A DNA stretch of 64,000 bases from Candidatus Woesebacteria bacterium RIFCSPLOWO2_01_FULL_39_23 (GTDB taxonomy: Bacteria; Patescibacteriota; Microgenomatia; UBA8517): NCBI GenBank assembly GCA_001793095.1, contig MGHG01000012.1, positions 72,647 to 136,646 of the forward strand, given 5' to 3'. Both the position numbers and the translations under genes were made by a program. A model generated the notes under the pieces. The model was not told the DNA's origin. It ran no database searches and saw nothing but the letters and a program-made list of their open reading frames with translations. Positions 9,541-20,129 of this stretch are shown in pieces; position 1 is the first letter of the stretch; each line of letters opens with the position of its first letter.

Positions 9541-10593
9541 ATGCCAGTAAATGCCGCTGAAGAACAGCTGAAAGTACTCGCTCAAAAAATTAGTTCAGCA
9601 AAATTACCCAAAGATTTGCAGGAAACTGTGAACGTTAGACTTGACCAGTTAGGAAGATTGACTGCATCGGCTTCATTTTTACCTGAACTTGATAGAATCA
9701 GCCGCTATATTGAATGGGTTATAAACCTCCCGTGGTTTAACCGAACTCAGGATAATCTTGATCTGACTCATGCAAAATCTATATTAGATAAAAATCATTT
9801 TGGCTTGTCTGAAATTAAAGACAGAATTTTGGAATATATGTCGGTAATGAAGCTTAAACAAGAAACGGGTGAAAAAGAAGGCATGATGCGGGCACCACTA
9901 CTATGTTTCGTCGGCTTGGTCGGAACCGGTAAAACAACGATAGCTGCCTCAATTGCCGAAGCACTGGGAAGAGAATTTGTGCGTATACCTTTTGGAGGAA
10001 TGGAGAGCCCCTTGGATCTCAGAGGCCAGTCAAGGGTTCAACCGGAAGCCGAGCCCGGTAAGATAATAAAAGGCTTAAGAGTGGCTAAAGCAAAAAACCC
10101 GGTGATTCTACTTGATGAAATCGATAGGGTTACTGAAGCCGGACGTGCTTCCATTATGGGAGTTCTTGTCGAACTTCTCGATCCGGAGCAAAATTATGCG
10201 TATGTGGATTATTATGTTGATTACCCATTTGATTTATCTGAAGTTTTATTTGTAGCAACTGCCAATAATACTCACCATATTGCAACAGCCGTACTCGATA
10301 GGTTGGAGCCGATAGCTATGCCCTCGTATTCCGACTTTGAGAAGATTACAGTAGGACGAGACTATATGTTCCCTAAAATATTAAAGAATTCCGGAATTCC
10401 GAAGGATGCCCTCCAGATTACAGAAGAAGTTTGGCCGCAAATTGTAAGACCGTTAGGGTTTGATGCAGGGACCAGAACTCTCGAACGCACAATTACCGGC
10501 ATGACCAGAAAAGTTGCTAGATTAATAGTTGAAGGGAAAGGAGATAAGTACATCATTACTCCCCAGAATGTTAAAGAATTCCTCCCAAGATGA
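9541..10593 (+). CDS. Lon-like AAA+ ATPase module without N-domain or S16 protease domain
   Basis: Alignment to the Lon ATPase region: LD..H.GL..IK.RILEY, Walker A GLVGTGKTT, Walker B ILLDEIDR, VELLDPEQN, ATANN. ORF ends with TGA then TAG, and no protease domain follows. Confidence 0.7.
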   Translation: MPVNAAEEQLKVLAQKISSAKLPKDLQETVNVRLDQLGRLTASASFLPELDRISRYIEWVINLPWFNRTQDNLDLTHAKSILDKNHFGLSEIKDRILEYMSVMKLKQETGEKEGMMRAPLLCFVGLVGTGKTTIAASIAEALGREFVRIPFGGMESPLDLRGQSRVQPEAEPGKIIKGLRVAKAKNPVILLDEIDRVTEAGRASIMGVLVELLDPEQNYAYVDYYVDYPFDLSEVLFVATANNTHHIATAVLDRLEPIAMPSYSDFEKITVGRDYMFPKILKNSGIPKDALQITEEVWPQIVRPLGFDAGTRTLERTITGMTRKVARLIVEGKGDKYIITPQNVKEFLPR

Positions 10594-10709
10594 GCTAGAA
10601 TATAAGAGTGAAAGAGTTGAAGAGTGTAAGTATTAATATTTTTTTAAATTCAAAATTCTAAATTAACTTTTACTCTCACGCTCTCCTGCTCTTTTACTCT
10701 ACTAAAATT

Positions 10710-11336
10710 ATGGATAAAAAGCAAAAACTTGAGGAATTAAGAAATAAAATGAAAAGTGATCAGTCATTACCCCTTCGACAGGGTGCAACAAATCTTGCGT
10801 TTGGTGATGGGGATCCAGAATCAGAATTATTATTTATCGGTGAGGGGCCGGGGTATTGGGAAGATATGAAAGGCATTCCGTTTGTCGGAAATGCCGGAGC
10901 TTTATTAAATCAACTTTTATCTTTAATTGGTATACCGAGAAATAAGATCTATATTACAAACGTGATTCATTATAGAGCCCCCGAAAACCGCGATCCTGAT
11001 CCGTCAGAAATAAATGCCTTTAAGCCGTATTTGGATGGAATAATAAAAATTATTGACCCTAAAGTAATTATAACCCTAGGGCGTTTTTCAATGGCGAAAT
11101 TTTTACCTGGGGTTATGATTAGTAATGTCCATGGAAAACCAAGTATGGTTGATGTAAACGGAAAAGAGATAACTATTGTTCCGATGTATCACCCCGCCGC
11201 GGCTTTAAGAAACGGTGAGGTAAAACTTAAACTGAAAAATGATTTTTTAAAACTTCCTGAAATATTAACATCGACTAACAATGATAAAAAAAATGATAAG
11301 ATTACTAAAAAGGAAGAACAAATGAACTTGATATAA
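10710..11336 (+). CDS. udg: Uracil-DNA glycosylase, family 4
   Basis: GEGPG...PFVGNAG and HPAAAL motifs. Confidence 0.8.
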   Translation: MDKKQKLEELRNKMKSDQSLPLRQGATNLAFGDGDPESELLFIGEGPGYWEDMKGIPFVGNAGALLNQLLSLIGIPRNKIYITNVIHYRAPENRDPDPSEINAFKPYLDGIIKIIDPKVIITLGRFSMAKFLPGVMISNVHGKPSMVDVNGKEITIVPMYHPAAALRNGEVKLKLKNDFLKLPEILTSTNNDKKNDKITKKEEQMNLI

Positions 11337-11400
11337 TAGCTCAAAGCTATTTATTATTTTATTAGTTTTACCATTTAAGTTATAAGTTATTAGTCAAATT

Positions 11401-13047
11401 ATGTTGAAGTTTATCGCACTTTCAGGAACAACAGACGTTACACAAAATCTCTATATTTATGAGAATGAAAATGACCTTATTGTTGTGGATTGCGGAGTTG
11501 GTTTTCCTGAGCCTGAGATGTATGGGGTCGATCTTATAATTCCTGATTTTACCTATGTTAAAGAAAATAAAAATAAACTACGGGGAATTTTAGTAACCCA
11601 TGGGCATGAGGACCATTTGGGAGCATTGCCATTTCTGATTCCTGAGGTAAATGCACCGATTTACGCGACGAAATTAACAGCCGGTTTTATTGAGGACAAA
11701 TTTAAAGATTACGGAATAAAAAATATTAAAGTCAATGTGATTGATCCCGTCAAGGACTCCATAACTTTGGGCTCTTTTACGGCAACTCCTTTTAGGGTTT
11801 CACATTCTGTTCCTGATGCAGTTGGATATGCAATTGATACTCCCGAAGGCAAGATTTTCCATGTTCCTGATTATAAGTTTGATTGGACACCGGTTGACGG
11901 AAATCCATTTGACATTTCTCGGGCAACTCTCCTCGCTTCCGGAGGGGTATTGGCACTTGCATCGGATTCGCTCGGTTCAACAACGCCGGGTTACACCGAA
12001 AGTGAAGCATCGATCGAACGAAGACTCGAAGTCTTATCAGAGAAGGCAAAAGGCCAGATATTTTTTACAACTATATCTTCAAATATTTCAAGAATCCAGC
12101 AGGCTTTAAGTGTTGCTCAAAAATTAGGAAGAAATGTCTCAATTATTGGAAGATCGATTGACAAAAAAGCGGATATTGCTGAAAATTTTGGTTACCTGCA
12201 TTTTCCAGACAATCTGGTCATACCCTCCAAACAATTAAACCAGATGCCAAAAAGTAAAAGAATGTACATTATCTCCGGGTCCTATGGCCAGCCGGGAAGC
12301 GCTTTATATAGACTCTCACTAAATGAGCACGATTTATTGAAAATTGAGGAAGGAGATACGGTAATATTTTCTTCAGATCCTGCGCCACCCGGATCGAAAA
12401 CAAACGTCGATTTTGTGGTTGATAGATTAATTGAATTAGGTGTCGATGTACATTATTACGATTTACAAGAAGACTTGCATGTTTCAGGACACGGTTCCCA
12501 AGAAGATATAAAGATGCTTTTTGCCCTTACCCGTCCGAAATTTTTTATACCGATTGGTGGAACTACCCGCCACAACAGAGCCTATAGAGATATTGCGGTT
12601 TCTTTAGGATCGGTTAAAGAGCATGTATTTGAACTTAAAGCTGGAGATGTTCTCGAATTCAGAGATAAATCTGCGAGGATTGCCGGTAATGTTCCTACAA
12701 AAGAGGTGTTGGTTGACGGTTTAGGTATTGGAGATGTAGGCAATGTTGTACTGAGAGATAGAAAGCTATTGGCGACTGATGGTATTGCAATCGCTCTTAT
12801 CCAAATAGACAGAAAGGGCGGGATGTTAATAACCGAACCGGTTATCTTTTCCCGAGGATTTGTGTATGAAGCCAAGACTAAAGACTTATTGAAAGAAGCT
12901 GCTCATGATTTGGAAAGACAAATTAGACAGAAAGATAAAATTGATAAAAATGAGGCAAGAATTATTGCAATCGATTTTCTGGAGAAGTTTTTCTACAAAA
13001 AAACCGGCCGCAGGCCAATGATTTTACCTCTAATTGTTGAAGCGTAA
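11401..13047 (+). CDS. rnj: Ribonuclease J (metallo-beta-lactamase / beta-CASP)
   Basis: VTHGHEDHLGALP motif, length and C-terminal domain. Confidence 0.85.
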   Translation: MLKFIALSGTTDVTQNLYIYENENDLIVVDCGVGFPEPEMYGVDLIIPDFTYVKENKNKLRGILVTHGHEDHLGALPFLIPEVNAPIYATKLTAGFIEDKFKDYGIKNIKVNVIDPVKDSITLGSFTATPFRVSHSVPDAVGYAIDTPEGKIFHVPDYKFDWTPVDGNPFDISRATLLASGGVLALASDSLGSTTPGYTESEASIERRLEVLSEKAKGQIFFTTISSNISRIQQALSVAQKLGRNVSIIGRSIDKKADIAENFGYLHFPDNLVIPSKQLNQMPKSKRMYIISGSYGQPGSALYRLSLNEHDLLKIEEGDTVIFSSDPAPPGSKTNVDFVVDRLIELGVDVHYYDLQEDLHVSGHGSQEDIKMLFALTRPKFFIPIGGTTRHNRAYRDIAVSLGSVKEHVFELKAGDVLEFRDKSARIAGNVPTKEVLVDGLGIGDVGNVVLRDRKLLATDGIAIALIQIDRKGGMLITEPVIFSRGFVYEAKTKDLLKEAAHDLERQIRQKDKIDKNEARIIAIDFLEKFFYKKTGRRPMILPLIVEA

Positions 13048-13105
13048 ATCGAACGCTTGAAATGAGCTAGACTAAACGTTTTATAATATAATTAAGCTAC
13101 GAAAT

Positions 13106-14332
13106 ATGAGTGAAATTTCAGATGTTCCGCAACACCTGCGCAAAGATATTGGTTTGAATCCAGGTTTTACTTCTTCCATCCCCAGTGAACAGTGGAGTAG
13201 TGAGAATCTTAAAAAAAAGCAGGAGTGGGAGAAGCGAGAAAATGAAAAGTTGGTTTCTGATAAGAGAATCAGAGAAGATGATGGTCTTAACGTTGCCCTA
13301 ATGGATAAGTATGGCCAGGGATTTTGGAATAGTTACATGAACTCGACAGCATATTTAAGAGACAAAATTGGTGAAATGGGCGCTGTTCCTTACTCTGATG
13401 GTGTTAAAAACCTTATGAAACATGCGACAGCTGTTACTTATGTAGAGTGGTTTGATAAAAGCGGGAAACCTGAATGGAGGTATTTGTTATATGGTAGACG
13501 CGATGGGAATAATCTTATAGATGATAGAACCCATGTAAGAGCAGTTAAATGGGAAAATGGAAATTGGGTAGAAGACTTTAAGTTTTCACCTGAGACAAAA
13601 ATACCTGTAGCGTCTGATCTGGAACCAGCTCCTGTCAAGGAAAGCCGTCAGGATAATAAAGATGGATATAGTAAGATAGTTGGATCTGAGAAAGCTGATG
13701 TGCCCCCCGGGAATGTAAGTGAAAGCATAGATGCGGTATTTGAGATAATTAACCAGAAATTAAACGAAGGCAAGAATGCATATGCCGAGCTTGATACTCA
13801 AAGAGTTGCTAAATTAACCCAGTTGTCATTAATACCTATTGATAACCAGGATGGAATACGCCTCAATATTTTCAGGGTTAATGAAACCGAAAAATTGACC
13901 GGGCAGCAAGGTACTTTAGATCTATCATTTAATGCAGCTGCAAGTAGGCCACTTGGACTCTTTAGAAGACGGATGAGGATGAGAGGTCCGGAAATCGGTT
14001 TTAGCGGCAATTTTACATTAGAGAATACACACGATGATAGAGGTATCCGCATAGCAGTAATTGAAACGAATCCAAAAGTAATGTTTGGTGAAGATCTATC
14101 AAATCTGGTAAATAGTCTTTTGGGAACAAACGAACGGAGTGAAAGCATACTTGAGGAAGTATACAGAGGATTTTTGAAAACCAAGTTTGGCGAGAAATTA
14201 AACAGGGTAACTTTCTATAAAACTGACGAAGGTTTATTGCGTATTGATCTTGAATGTGCCAAGACGCAGCAAGAAAAGCTAGTAGAAGAAGCTTCTTTAA
14301 AAGTGGGGACGCCACAGACTGCGAGTGTATAA
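13106..14332 (+). CDS. hypothetical protein
   Basis: 408-aa ORF, no recognisable domain. Confidence 0.4.
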   Translation: MSEISDVPQHLRKDIGLNPGFTSSIPSEQWSSENLKKKQEWEKRENEKLVSDKRIREDDGLNVALMDKYGQGFWNSYMNSTAYLRDKIGEMGAVPYSDGVKNLMKHATAVTYVEWFDKSGKPEWRYLLYGRRDGNNLIDDRTHVRAVKWENGNWVEDFKFSPETKIPVASDLEPAPVKESRQDNKDGYSKIVGSEKADVPPGNVSESIDAVFEIINQKLNEGKNAYAELDTQRVAKLTQLSLIPIDNQDGIRLNIFRVNETEKLTGQQGTLDLSFNAAASRPLGLFRRRMRMRGPEIGFSGNFTLENTHDDRGIRIAVIETNPKVMFGEDLSNLVNSLLGTNERSESILEEVYRGFLKTKFGEKLNRVTFYKTDEGLLRIDLECAKTQQEKLVEEASLKVGTPQTASV

Positions 14333-14385
14333 ATAACTTACGCTTCTTTCATTAATTATGTACTCTTAGGTATAATGGATAAACA

Positions 14386-16494
14386 ATGTCGAAGAAAAAA
14401 ATCAGGAAAGCGAAATCAAAAAAGGCTTATAAAGTTAGGCTTAAACCCTCTACAGTACTTTCAATAGTCCAAATTGTTTTTTATTCTTTAGCCGGACTCA
14501 TAATAGTTTCTTTTTCAAGAAGAGGATTGATTCTTGTCAGATTAAACGATTTTCTTCTTCTGCTTTTTTCTTGGACTACTATATTTGTTCCATTTATTTT
14601 TGTTAGTTTAGGACTTCTCGTTTCAAAGCTCAGAGTGCCGATAGCCCAACCGAATGTCATTGTCGGCGCGCTTTTGTTTTTCATTTCCATCATGAGCTTG
14701 ACCAAGGCAGGATCTTTAGGCTTAGCTGCTTGGGATGGGATAGCAACATTGATTACAGGAGCCGGAGCAGCGATTGTTCTTTTTGGTTCAACTGTCGTAG
14801 GGCTCATCATCCTTTTTAATACGTCAATTGATCAGATAATTTTATTTTTCCTGCAATTTATGAAGACCTATACACTTCGGGGCGTATCTAATAAACAGCG
14901 TGGTTTCAAGACGTCGGGAAGAGGAGAAATGAAAGTATTGGGCGGGACTCAAAATCCTTCACAGCAAGCCAATACTTCCCGAATGGAAGAAAGAAAGGCA
15001 GTTTCCAATGAGCCCTTAGAGCAGAAACTAGTTAGTAATGTTGCAGGTGAAGATAAAATTTGGAAATACCCGCCCCTCTCCCTACTTACTGAAATTAGCC
15101 ACGGCAAGGCCGATCGGGGTGATATTAAAGGCAATGCAGCGACAATTGAACAGACACTTGAATCTTTCGGGATTGCAGCAAGAGTTGTTGAAGTAAATTT
15201 AGGACCAGCTGTCACCCAGTACGCAATTGAGGTGGCGCTTGGTACAAAGCTTTCTAAAATAACAGCTCTTGAGAGAGATCTTGCACTGTCACTTGCTGCA
15301 CCAACTGGAACTATTAGAATTGAAGCTCCGATTCCGGGACGCTCTCTCGTTGGAATAGAACTTCCTAATCGGGCACCGGAATTTGTTGATATCAGAAAAA
15401 TGATGGAGTCGCATGAAATTAAAGAAGCGAAGAGTAAACTGGCAGTTTCTCTCGGACTCGATGTCTCCGGTAAACCGGTTGTTGCAGATCTCGCAAAAAT
15501 GCCGCACGTTCTCGTAGCCGGTCAAACGGGTTCAGGTAAATCGGTTTGTATTAATACCTTTTTAGCAACCCTACTTTTTAGAGCTTCACCTTCTGAGGTT
15601 AAATTAATTTTGGTTGACCCCAAAAGAGTTGAATTAACATCTTACAATAATGTTCCACATCTTCTTACACCCGTTATTGTCGATACGGAGAAAGTAATTT
15701 CTGCACTCAAGTGGATCATGAGCGAGATGGATAGACGTTACAAACTTTTTGCTCAGGCGGGTTCAAGGAATATTGATTCCTATAATGAAATGTCGGGTTT
15801 TCAGGCCCTTCCATATATTGTGTTAATAATTGACGAACTGGCTGACGTCATGCTCTTTTCTCCGGTTGAGGTAGAGGATGCTATTACTAGGATTGCGCAA
15901 ATGAGTAGAGCAACGGGAATTCATATGGTACTTTCGACACAAAGACCAAGTGTTGATATCATAACCGGTCTTATTAAGGCAAATATACCCTGCAGAATCG
16001 CATTTGCTGTAGCTTCTCAGGTAGATTCGCGGGTAATTCTCGACGGTCAGGGAGCAGAAAAATTGTTGGGTCGCGGAGATATGCTTTATCTTCCTCCTGA
16101 GCAGGCAAAACCAATTAGAATTCAGGGGGCTTTTGTGTCTGATAAAGACATAAATGCGCTGGTAGCTTACCTAAAAAATCAGGGAATATCTCCCCAATAT
16201 ACGGAAGAGGTTACAACAATGGCAAAGTCAGCTGGTGCAGTTCCCGGTATAGACGGTGACGTTGACGATTTTTTCAAAGAAGCAGTTGCTGTTGTTTGTC
16301 AGTATGACAGGGCTTCAGCCTCTCTTCTTCAAAGGAGATTGTCGGTTGGCTATGCCAGGGCAGCCAGAATTATAGATCAACTGGAATCAGCTGGTGTGGT
16401 CGGTCCGGCAGAAGGATCCAAATCCAGAGATGTTTTAATCAGAAGCGCTGAAGAATTTTTTGCTTCTTCCCAAAATAGCGAAACCTCCCAATAA
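14386..16494 (+). CDS. ftsK: DNA translocase FtsK/SpoIIIE
   Basis: N-terminal TM helices, motor domain VAGQTGSGKSV, gamma wHTH domain. Confidence 0.85.
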   Translation: MSKKKIRKAKSKKAYKVRLKPSTVLSIVQIVFYSLAGLIIVSFSRRGLILVRLNDFLLLLFSWTTIFVPFIFVSLGLLVSKLRVPIAQPNVIVGALLFFISIMSLTKAGSLGLAAWDGIATLITGAGAAIVLFGSTVVGLIILFNTSIDQIILFFLQFMKTYTLRGVSNKQRGFKTSGRGEMKVLGGTQNPSQQANTSRMEERKAVSNEPLEQKLVSNVAGEDKIWKYPPLSLLTEISHGKADRGDIKGNAATIEQTLESFGIAARVVEVNLGPAVTQYAIEVALGTKLSKITALERDLALSLAAPTGTIRIEAPIPGRSLVGIELPNRAPEFVDIRKMMESHEIKEAKSKLAVSLGLDVSGKPVVADLAKMPHVLVAGQTGSGKSVCINTFLATLLFRASPSEVKLILVDPKRVELTSYNNVPHLLTPVIVDTEKVISALKWIMSEMDRRYKLFAQAGSRNIDSYNEMSGFQALPYIVLIIDELADVMLFSPVEVEDAITRIAQMSRATGIHMVLSTQRPSVDIITGLIKANIPCRIAFAVASQVDSRVILDGQGAEKLLGRGDMLYLPPEQAKPIRIQGAFVSDKDINALVAYLKNQGISPQYTEEVTTMAKSAGAVPGIDGDVDDFFKEAVAVVCQYDRASASLLQRRLSVGYARAARIIDQLESAGVVGPAEGSKSRDVLIRSAEEFFASSQNSETSQ

Positions 16495-16511
16495 AGCAGA
16501 TACATTAGATC

Positions 16512-17138
16512 ATGAAAACAATCGGAAACTATCTTAAGGAAGCCAGAGTACGGAAAAAATATTCCAGGGAGAAACTTGAACAGGAAACAAAAATTAAAAA
16601 AGAATTTATCGAGGCGATAGAAAAAGAGGACTGGATCAAGCTTCCCGATTATACGGTCGTGGTAGGCTTTATAAAAAGTTTGGCGCAGGCCGTTGGCATA
16701 CTTCCGAGCCAAGCCGTTGCTTTTCTGAGGCGTGACTATCCGCCGAAAAAAGTTGATGTTAATCCGAAACCTGATTTGAAGTCGAAATTCAGTTGGAGTC
16801 CCAAACTCACCTTTATTGCTTCGATTTTTATAATTTTACTTTTGGTAATAGGTTATCTCACTTTTCAGTATGTAAAATTCATGAGTCCACCGAAACTTTT
16901 TATTGATTCTCCAACCCAAGGACAAGTGATAACAAGTTATGAGGTGAAAATTTCGGGAGAAACAGACAAAGATGCAAGTATAAAAGTCAATAATCAGCCA
17001 ATTTTAGTTAGTGAAGAAGGGACTTTTAGTGGCACTGTTGAGATATTCGAGGGAACTATGGAAATTGATGTCAGGGCAATATCCAGATCTGGAAAAGAAA
17101 CACAAATCGTGCGTAAAATACAAGTGGAGCTGAAATAA
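16512..17138 (+). CDS. RodZ-like HTH (XRE) membrane protein
   Basis: N-terminal HTH resembling RodZ (IGNYLKEAR...LEQETKIKKEFIEAIE), single TM, C-terminal beta domain. Confidence 0.55.
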   Translation: MKTIGNYLKEARVRKKYSREKLEQETKIKKEFIEAIEKEDWIKLPDYTVVVGFIKSLAQAVGILPSQAVAFLRRDYPPKKVDVNPKPDLKSKFSWSPKLTFIASIFIILLLVIGYLTFQYVKFMSPPKLFIDSPTQGQVITSYEVKISGETDKDASIKVNNQPILVSEEGTFSGTVEIFEGTMEIDVRAISRSGKETQIVRKIQVELK

Positions 17139-17233
17139 ATTTAAGGCTCATATATTAAAATTTAAAACTATACTCATATAAATTTTTTGTATTATACTTT
17201 TAGTTCTAAGTTATTAGTCATAAGTTAATACCT

Positions 17234-17470
17234 ATGGACGGTGTACAAAAATTACTAATTATTGTTGTTGTAACTTTGACTATATTGCTTTCTTTTGCGG
17301 GAATTCAGGTCATTCTCATAATGCTTGATCTGCGGCGGGGAATAAAACGGTTGAACTCAATTTTAGAAGATGCTCTACTAGGCGGAGGGTTAATCCGCCC
17401 TGAAAAGCTAACGGGAATAATTGAGATGTTTAAAAGGGGGAAAAAAGTTAAAGAGAGAGGAACACAGTAA
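17234..17470 (+). CDS. small membrane protein
   Basis: 78-aa ORF with one hydrophobic helix. Preceded by the recurrent TAGTT-type leader motif. Confidence 0.35.
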   Translation: MDGVQKLLIIVVVTLTILLSFAGIQVILIMLDLRRGIKRLNSILEDALLGGGLIRPEKLTGIIEMFKRGKKVKERGTQ

Positions 17471-17490
17471 GCTTGCTTTAACTAAATAAC

Positions 17491-17835
17491 TCATTTAGAA
17501 AATTCCAAGTATAATTTTTCCCTGTCTTCATTTACTTTGGCAAGTTGTTTTTCGATATTCTTCATAGCAACTTTTAAATGGGGCTTTAAGCGGAAATCGA
17601 GCATGTTATTTATTTCGGCCCATTGACGCAGGAGCTGATAGTTTCTATTTTCGAGAGCTTTCCGTATCAGTTCAAATTGCATATGGCGGCTAAGTGTGTG
17701 CCATTCAGGAAAAGTGGCCAGATATTCAGGGTCATATTCACCCATATCGATCGCCTTTTGCAATGTAATTTTTGTAGAGGATGTAGGTTTACTTCCAGAT
17801 ATTTTTTCTTTCGTCCCTTCAGTCTCAAAAGCCAT
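17491..17835 (-). CDS. hypothetical protein
   Basis: 114-aa ORF, no motif. Confidence 0.35.
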   Translation of the reverse strand: MAFETEGTKEKISGSKPTSSTKITLQKAIDMGEYDPEYLATFPEWHTLSRHMQFELIRKALENRNYQLLRQWAEINNMLDFRLKPHLKVAMKNIEKQLAKVNEDREKLYLEFSK

Positions 17836-17867
17836 GTTGCTAACCTTAATCTAATTTTATACAAATA

Positions 17868-18182
17868 TCATAATCCGTCTATGTCGACTCTCCTGATTCT
17901 TCGTCCGTTGCTGTAATCGTAAACTACATTTTTACAATCTGCCAGAGTCATTGGTTGGCTCCTTGCGCTCATAGCTTTTAAACCGTCAGAACTAACACTC
18001 CTATTATCTCTTGTTAATTTTGGTTCCAACTGTCTGGCAATTACTTTTAGCTTATGTGCAAGGGCGGCATCATCAATTTCGGCAAATGGATTTCCTGAAT
18101 TAAATGCTTTCAGTTCAACAAGAAAAGCTTTGAACTGTAAGTTGCTGGCTAATTTTTCTAAACTTTCTCTATCAAGATTCAT
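17868..18182 (-). CDS. hypothetical protein
   Basis: 104-aa ORF, no motif. Confidence 0.35.
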   Translation of the reverse strand: MNLDRESLEKLASNLQFKAFLVELKAFNSGNPFAEIDDAALAHKLKVIARQLEPKLTRDNRSVSSDGLKAMSARSQPMTLADCKNVVYDYSNGRRIRRVDIDGL

Positions 18183-18246
18183 ATATTATTTGGATATTAT
18201 AGTCGTCAGGTTTTGTAAGATCAATTTTACATGTATAATTGAGCTC

Positions 18247-20067
18247 ATGACGGGAAAAGAAGTAAGAGAAAAATTCCTAAAGTTTTTTAAGGGTGCTCCC
18301 CGTAGTCATGTCGAGATTTCACCCGCTCCTTTGGTTTTGGAGAACGATCCCACAACGCTTTTTACATCATCCGGTATGCAACCACTTGTCCTGTTTTTGA
18401 TGGGTGAGTCTCATCCTAACGGAAAAAGACTTGTAGATTCTCAACCGAGTTTACGGACGACAGATATTGACGAAGTTGGTGATAACCGGCATTTAACTTT
18501 TTTGGAAATGCTGGGGAATTGGTCGCTTGGGGATTATTTCAAAAAGGAACAGTTGCCTTGGTTTTATGAATTCTTAACTAAAGAGCTTGAACTTGATAAA
18601 GAAAAAATCTGGGTATCTGTATTTGAGGGAAACGAACAAGTTCCGAGAGATGAAGAATCAGCCGAGATTTGGAGAAGTCTTGGTATTACAGAAGAAAGAA
18701 TTCATTACTACGGCGTTGAAAAGAACTGGTGGTCAAGATCAGGCACACCTGAACAAATGCCAGTCGGTGAGATTGGCGGACCCGATTCAGAAGTTTTTTA
18801 TGACTTTGGGAAAGAACTTGGTTTACACGATGTGTTTCTTGACAGGGGTAACCCCTGTCACCCGAATTGTGAATGCGGGAGATTCTTAGAAATAGGTAAC
18901 TCCGTGTTTATGCAATATAAAAAGGTAGGCGACGGAAAATTGGAAGAATTACCCCAGAGGAATGTTGACTTTGGAGGCGGACTAGAGAGATTAACTGCAG
19001 CAACAATCAATAATCCTGACGTTTTTGCTACTGATCTTTTTAAAGGGTTGATTGAGTTGGTAGGTAAAAATACCCACAAGGACTACGATAGTAATATGTC
19101 TGATTTTAGAGTGATTGCAGATCACGTCAGGGCAGCAGTCTTCCTTGCAGATTTGGGAATTACCCCTTCTAATAAAGAGCATGGTTATGTACTAAGAAGA
19201 TTAATCCGCAGAGCCTGCGTAAAATTGAGACAGCTGAAAGGTAATTTGAATAATAATGACTTTAGCGACTTAGTCGGAGAAACGTATAAAATTTTTTCCG
19301 GAGTCTATCTTAATAGTGGTGTAAAAAATACATTAACAATTATCGAAGAAGAAGTTGATAAATTTATAAAAACTTTAGACCGGGGATTAAAAGAATTGGG
19401 GAAGTTGGAACAAATCGACGCAAGAGTGGCATTTAATTTATACCAATCTTACGGATTTCCCTTAGAAATAACTAAAGAATTAGCTGAAGAAAAAGGTCAA
19501 AAGTTAGATTTGGAGAAATTTAAGAAAGAGTTTGATAAACACAAAGATTTATCAAGAACAACTTCGGCTGGAGTTTTTAAAGGCGGGCTTGCGGATCATT
19601 CACCGGAGGTTGTAAAGCTGCATACCGCAACGCATTTACTTTTAACGTCGCTCAGAGAGGTTTTAGGAGAACACGTTGTCCAAAAAGGCCAGAATATAAC
19701 TAAAGAGCGATCAAGGTTTGATTTTCCGAATCCTGAAAAATTAACAGATGATCAATTGCAGAAAGTCGAAAATTTTATCAACGGAATTATTAATAAAGAC
19801 TTGCCGATTAAATTTGAAGTTATGCCTAAGGACCAAGCGCTGGCAACAGGTGCTATTCATGCTTTTAATGAAAAATATACTGATACGGTAAAGATATATT
19901 ATGTTGGAGAAGAATTAGATGATGCAATAAGTCGAGAATTTTGCGGTGGTCCGCACGTGACTCACACAGGTGAGATTGGAAGTGTTAAAATAAAAAAGCA
20001 GGAGAAAATAGGAAGTGGAATAATTAGACTATATATTATTTTGAATAACTCAGAATTCATAAGTTAA
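18247..20067 (+). CDS. alaS: Alanyl-tRNA synthetase, short form lacking C-Ala/DHHA1 domain
   Basis: MTGKEVREKFLKFF...PTTLFTSSGM catalytic N-terminus and editing-domain HTATHLL...CGGPHV. The ORF-track start at 18130 is an upstream extension. Confidence 0.8.
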   Translation: MTGKEVREKFLKFFKGAPRSHVEISPAPLVLENDPTTLFTSSGMQPLVLFLMGESHPNGKRLVDSQPSLRTTDIDEVGDNRHLTFLEMLGNWSLGDYFKKEQLPWFYEFLTKELELDKEKIWVSVFEGNEQVPRDEESAEIWRSLGITEERIHYYGVEKNWWSRSGTPEQMPVGEIGGPDSEVFYDFGKELGLHDVFLDRGNPCHPNCECGRFLEIGNSVFMQYKKVGDGKLEELPQRNVDFGGGLERLTAATINNPDVFATDLFKGLIELVGKNTHKDYDSNMSDFRVIADHVRAAVFLADLGITPSNKEHGYVLRRLIRRACVKLRQLKGNLNNNDFSDLVGETYKIFSGVYLNSGVKNTLTIIEEEVDKFIKTLDRGLKELGKLEQIDARVAFNLYQSYGFPLEITKELAEEKGQKLDLEKFKKEFDKHKDLSRTTSAGVFKGGLADHSPEVVKLHTATHLLLTSLREVLGEHVVQKGQNITKERSRFDFPNPEKLTDDQLQKVENFINGIINKDLPIKFEVMPKDQALATGAIHAFNEKYTDTVKIYYVGEELDDAISREFCGGPHVTHTGEIGSVKIKKQEKIGSGIIRLYIILNNSEFIS

Positions 20068-20129
20068 AGCTCAAAACTGCTGAGGCGAACAAAATTTGAC
20101 ATTTGAGTTTTTAGTTTTAAGTTAATTCA

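Noticed and set aside
18130-18246. Upstream extension of alaS, with overlap of the minus-strand ORF 17868-18182
   Set aside because: AlaRS homology begins at MTGKEV (18247). The extension is hydrophobic low-complexity sequence with no homology.
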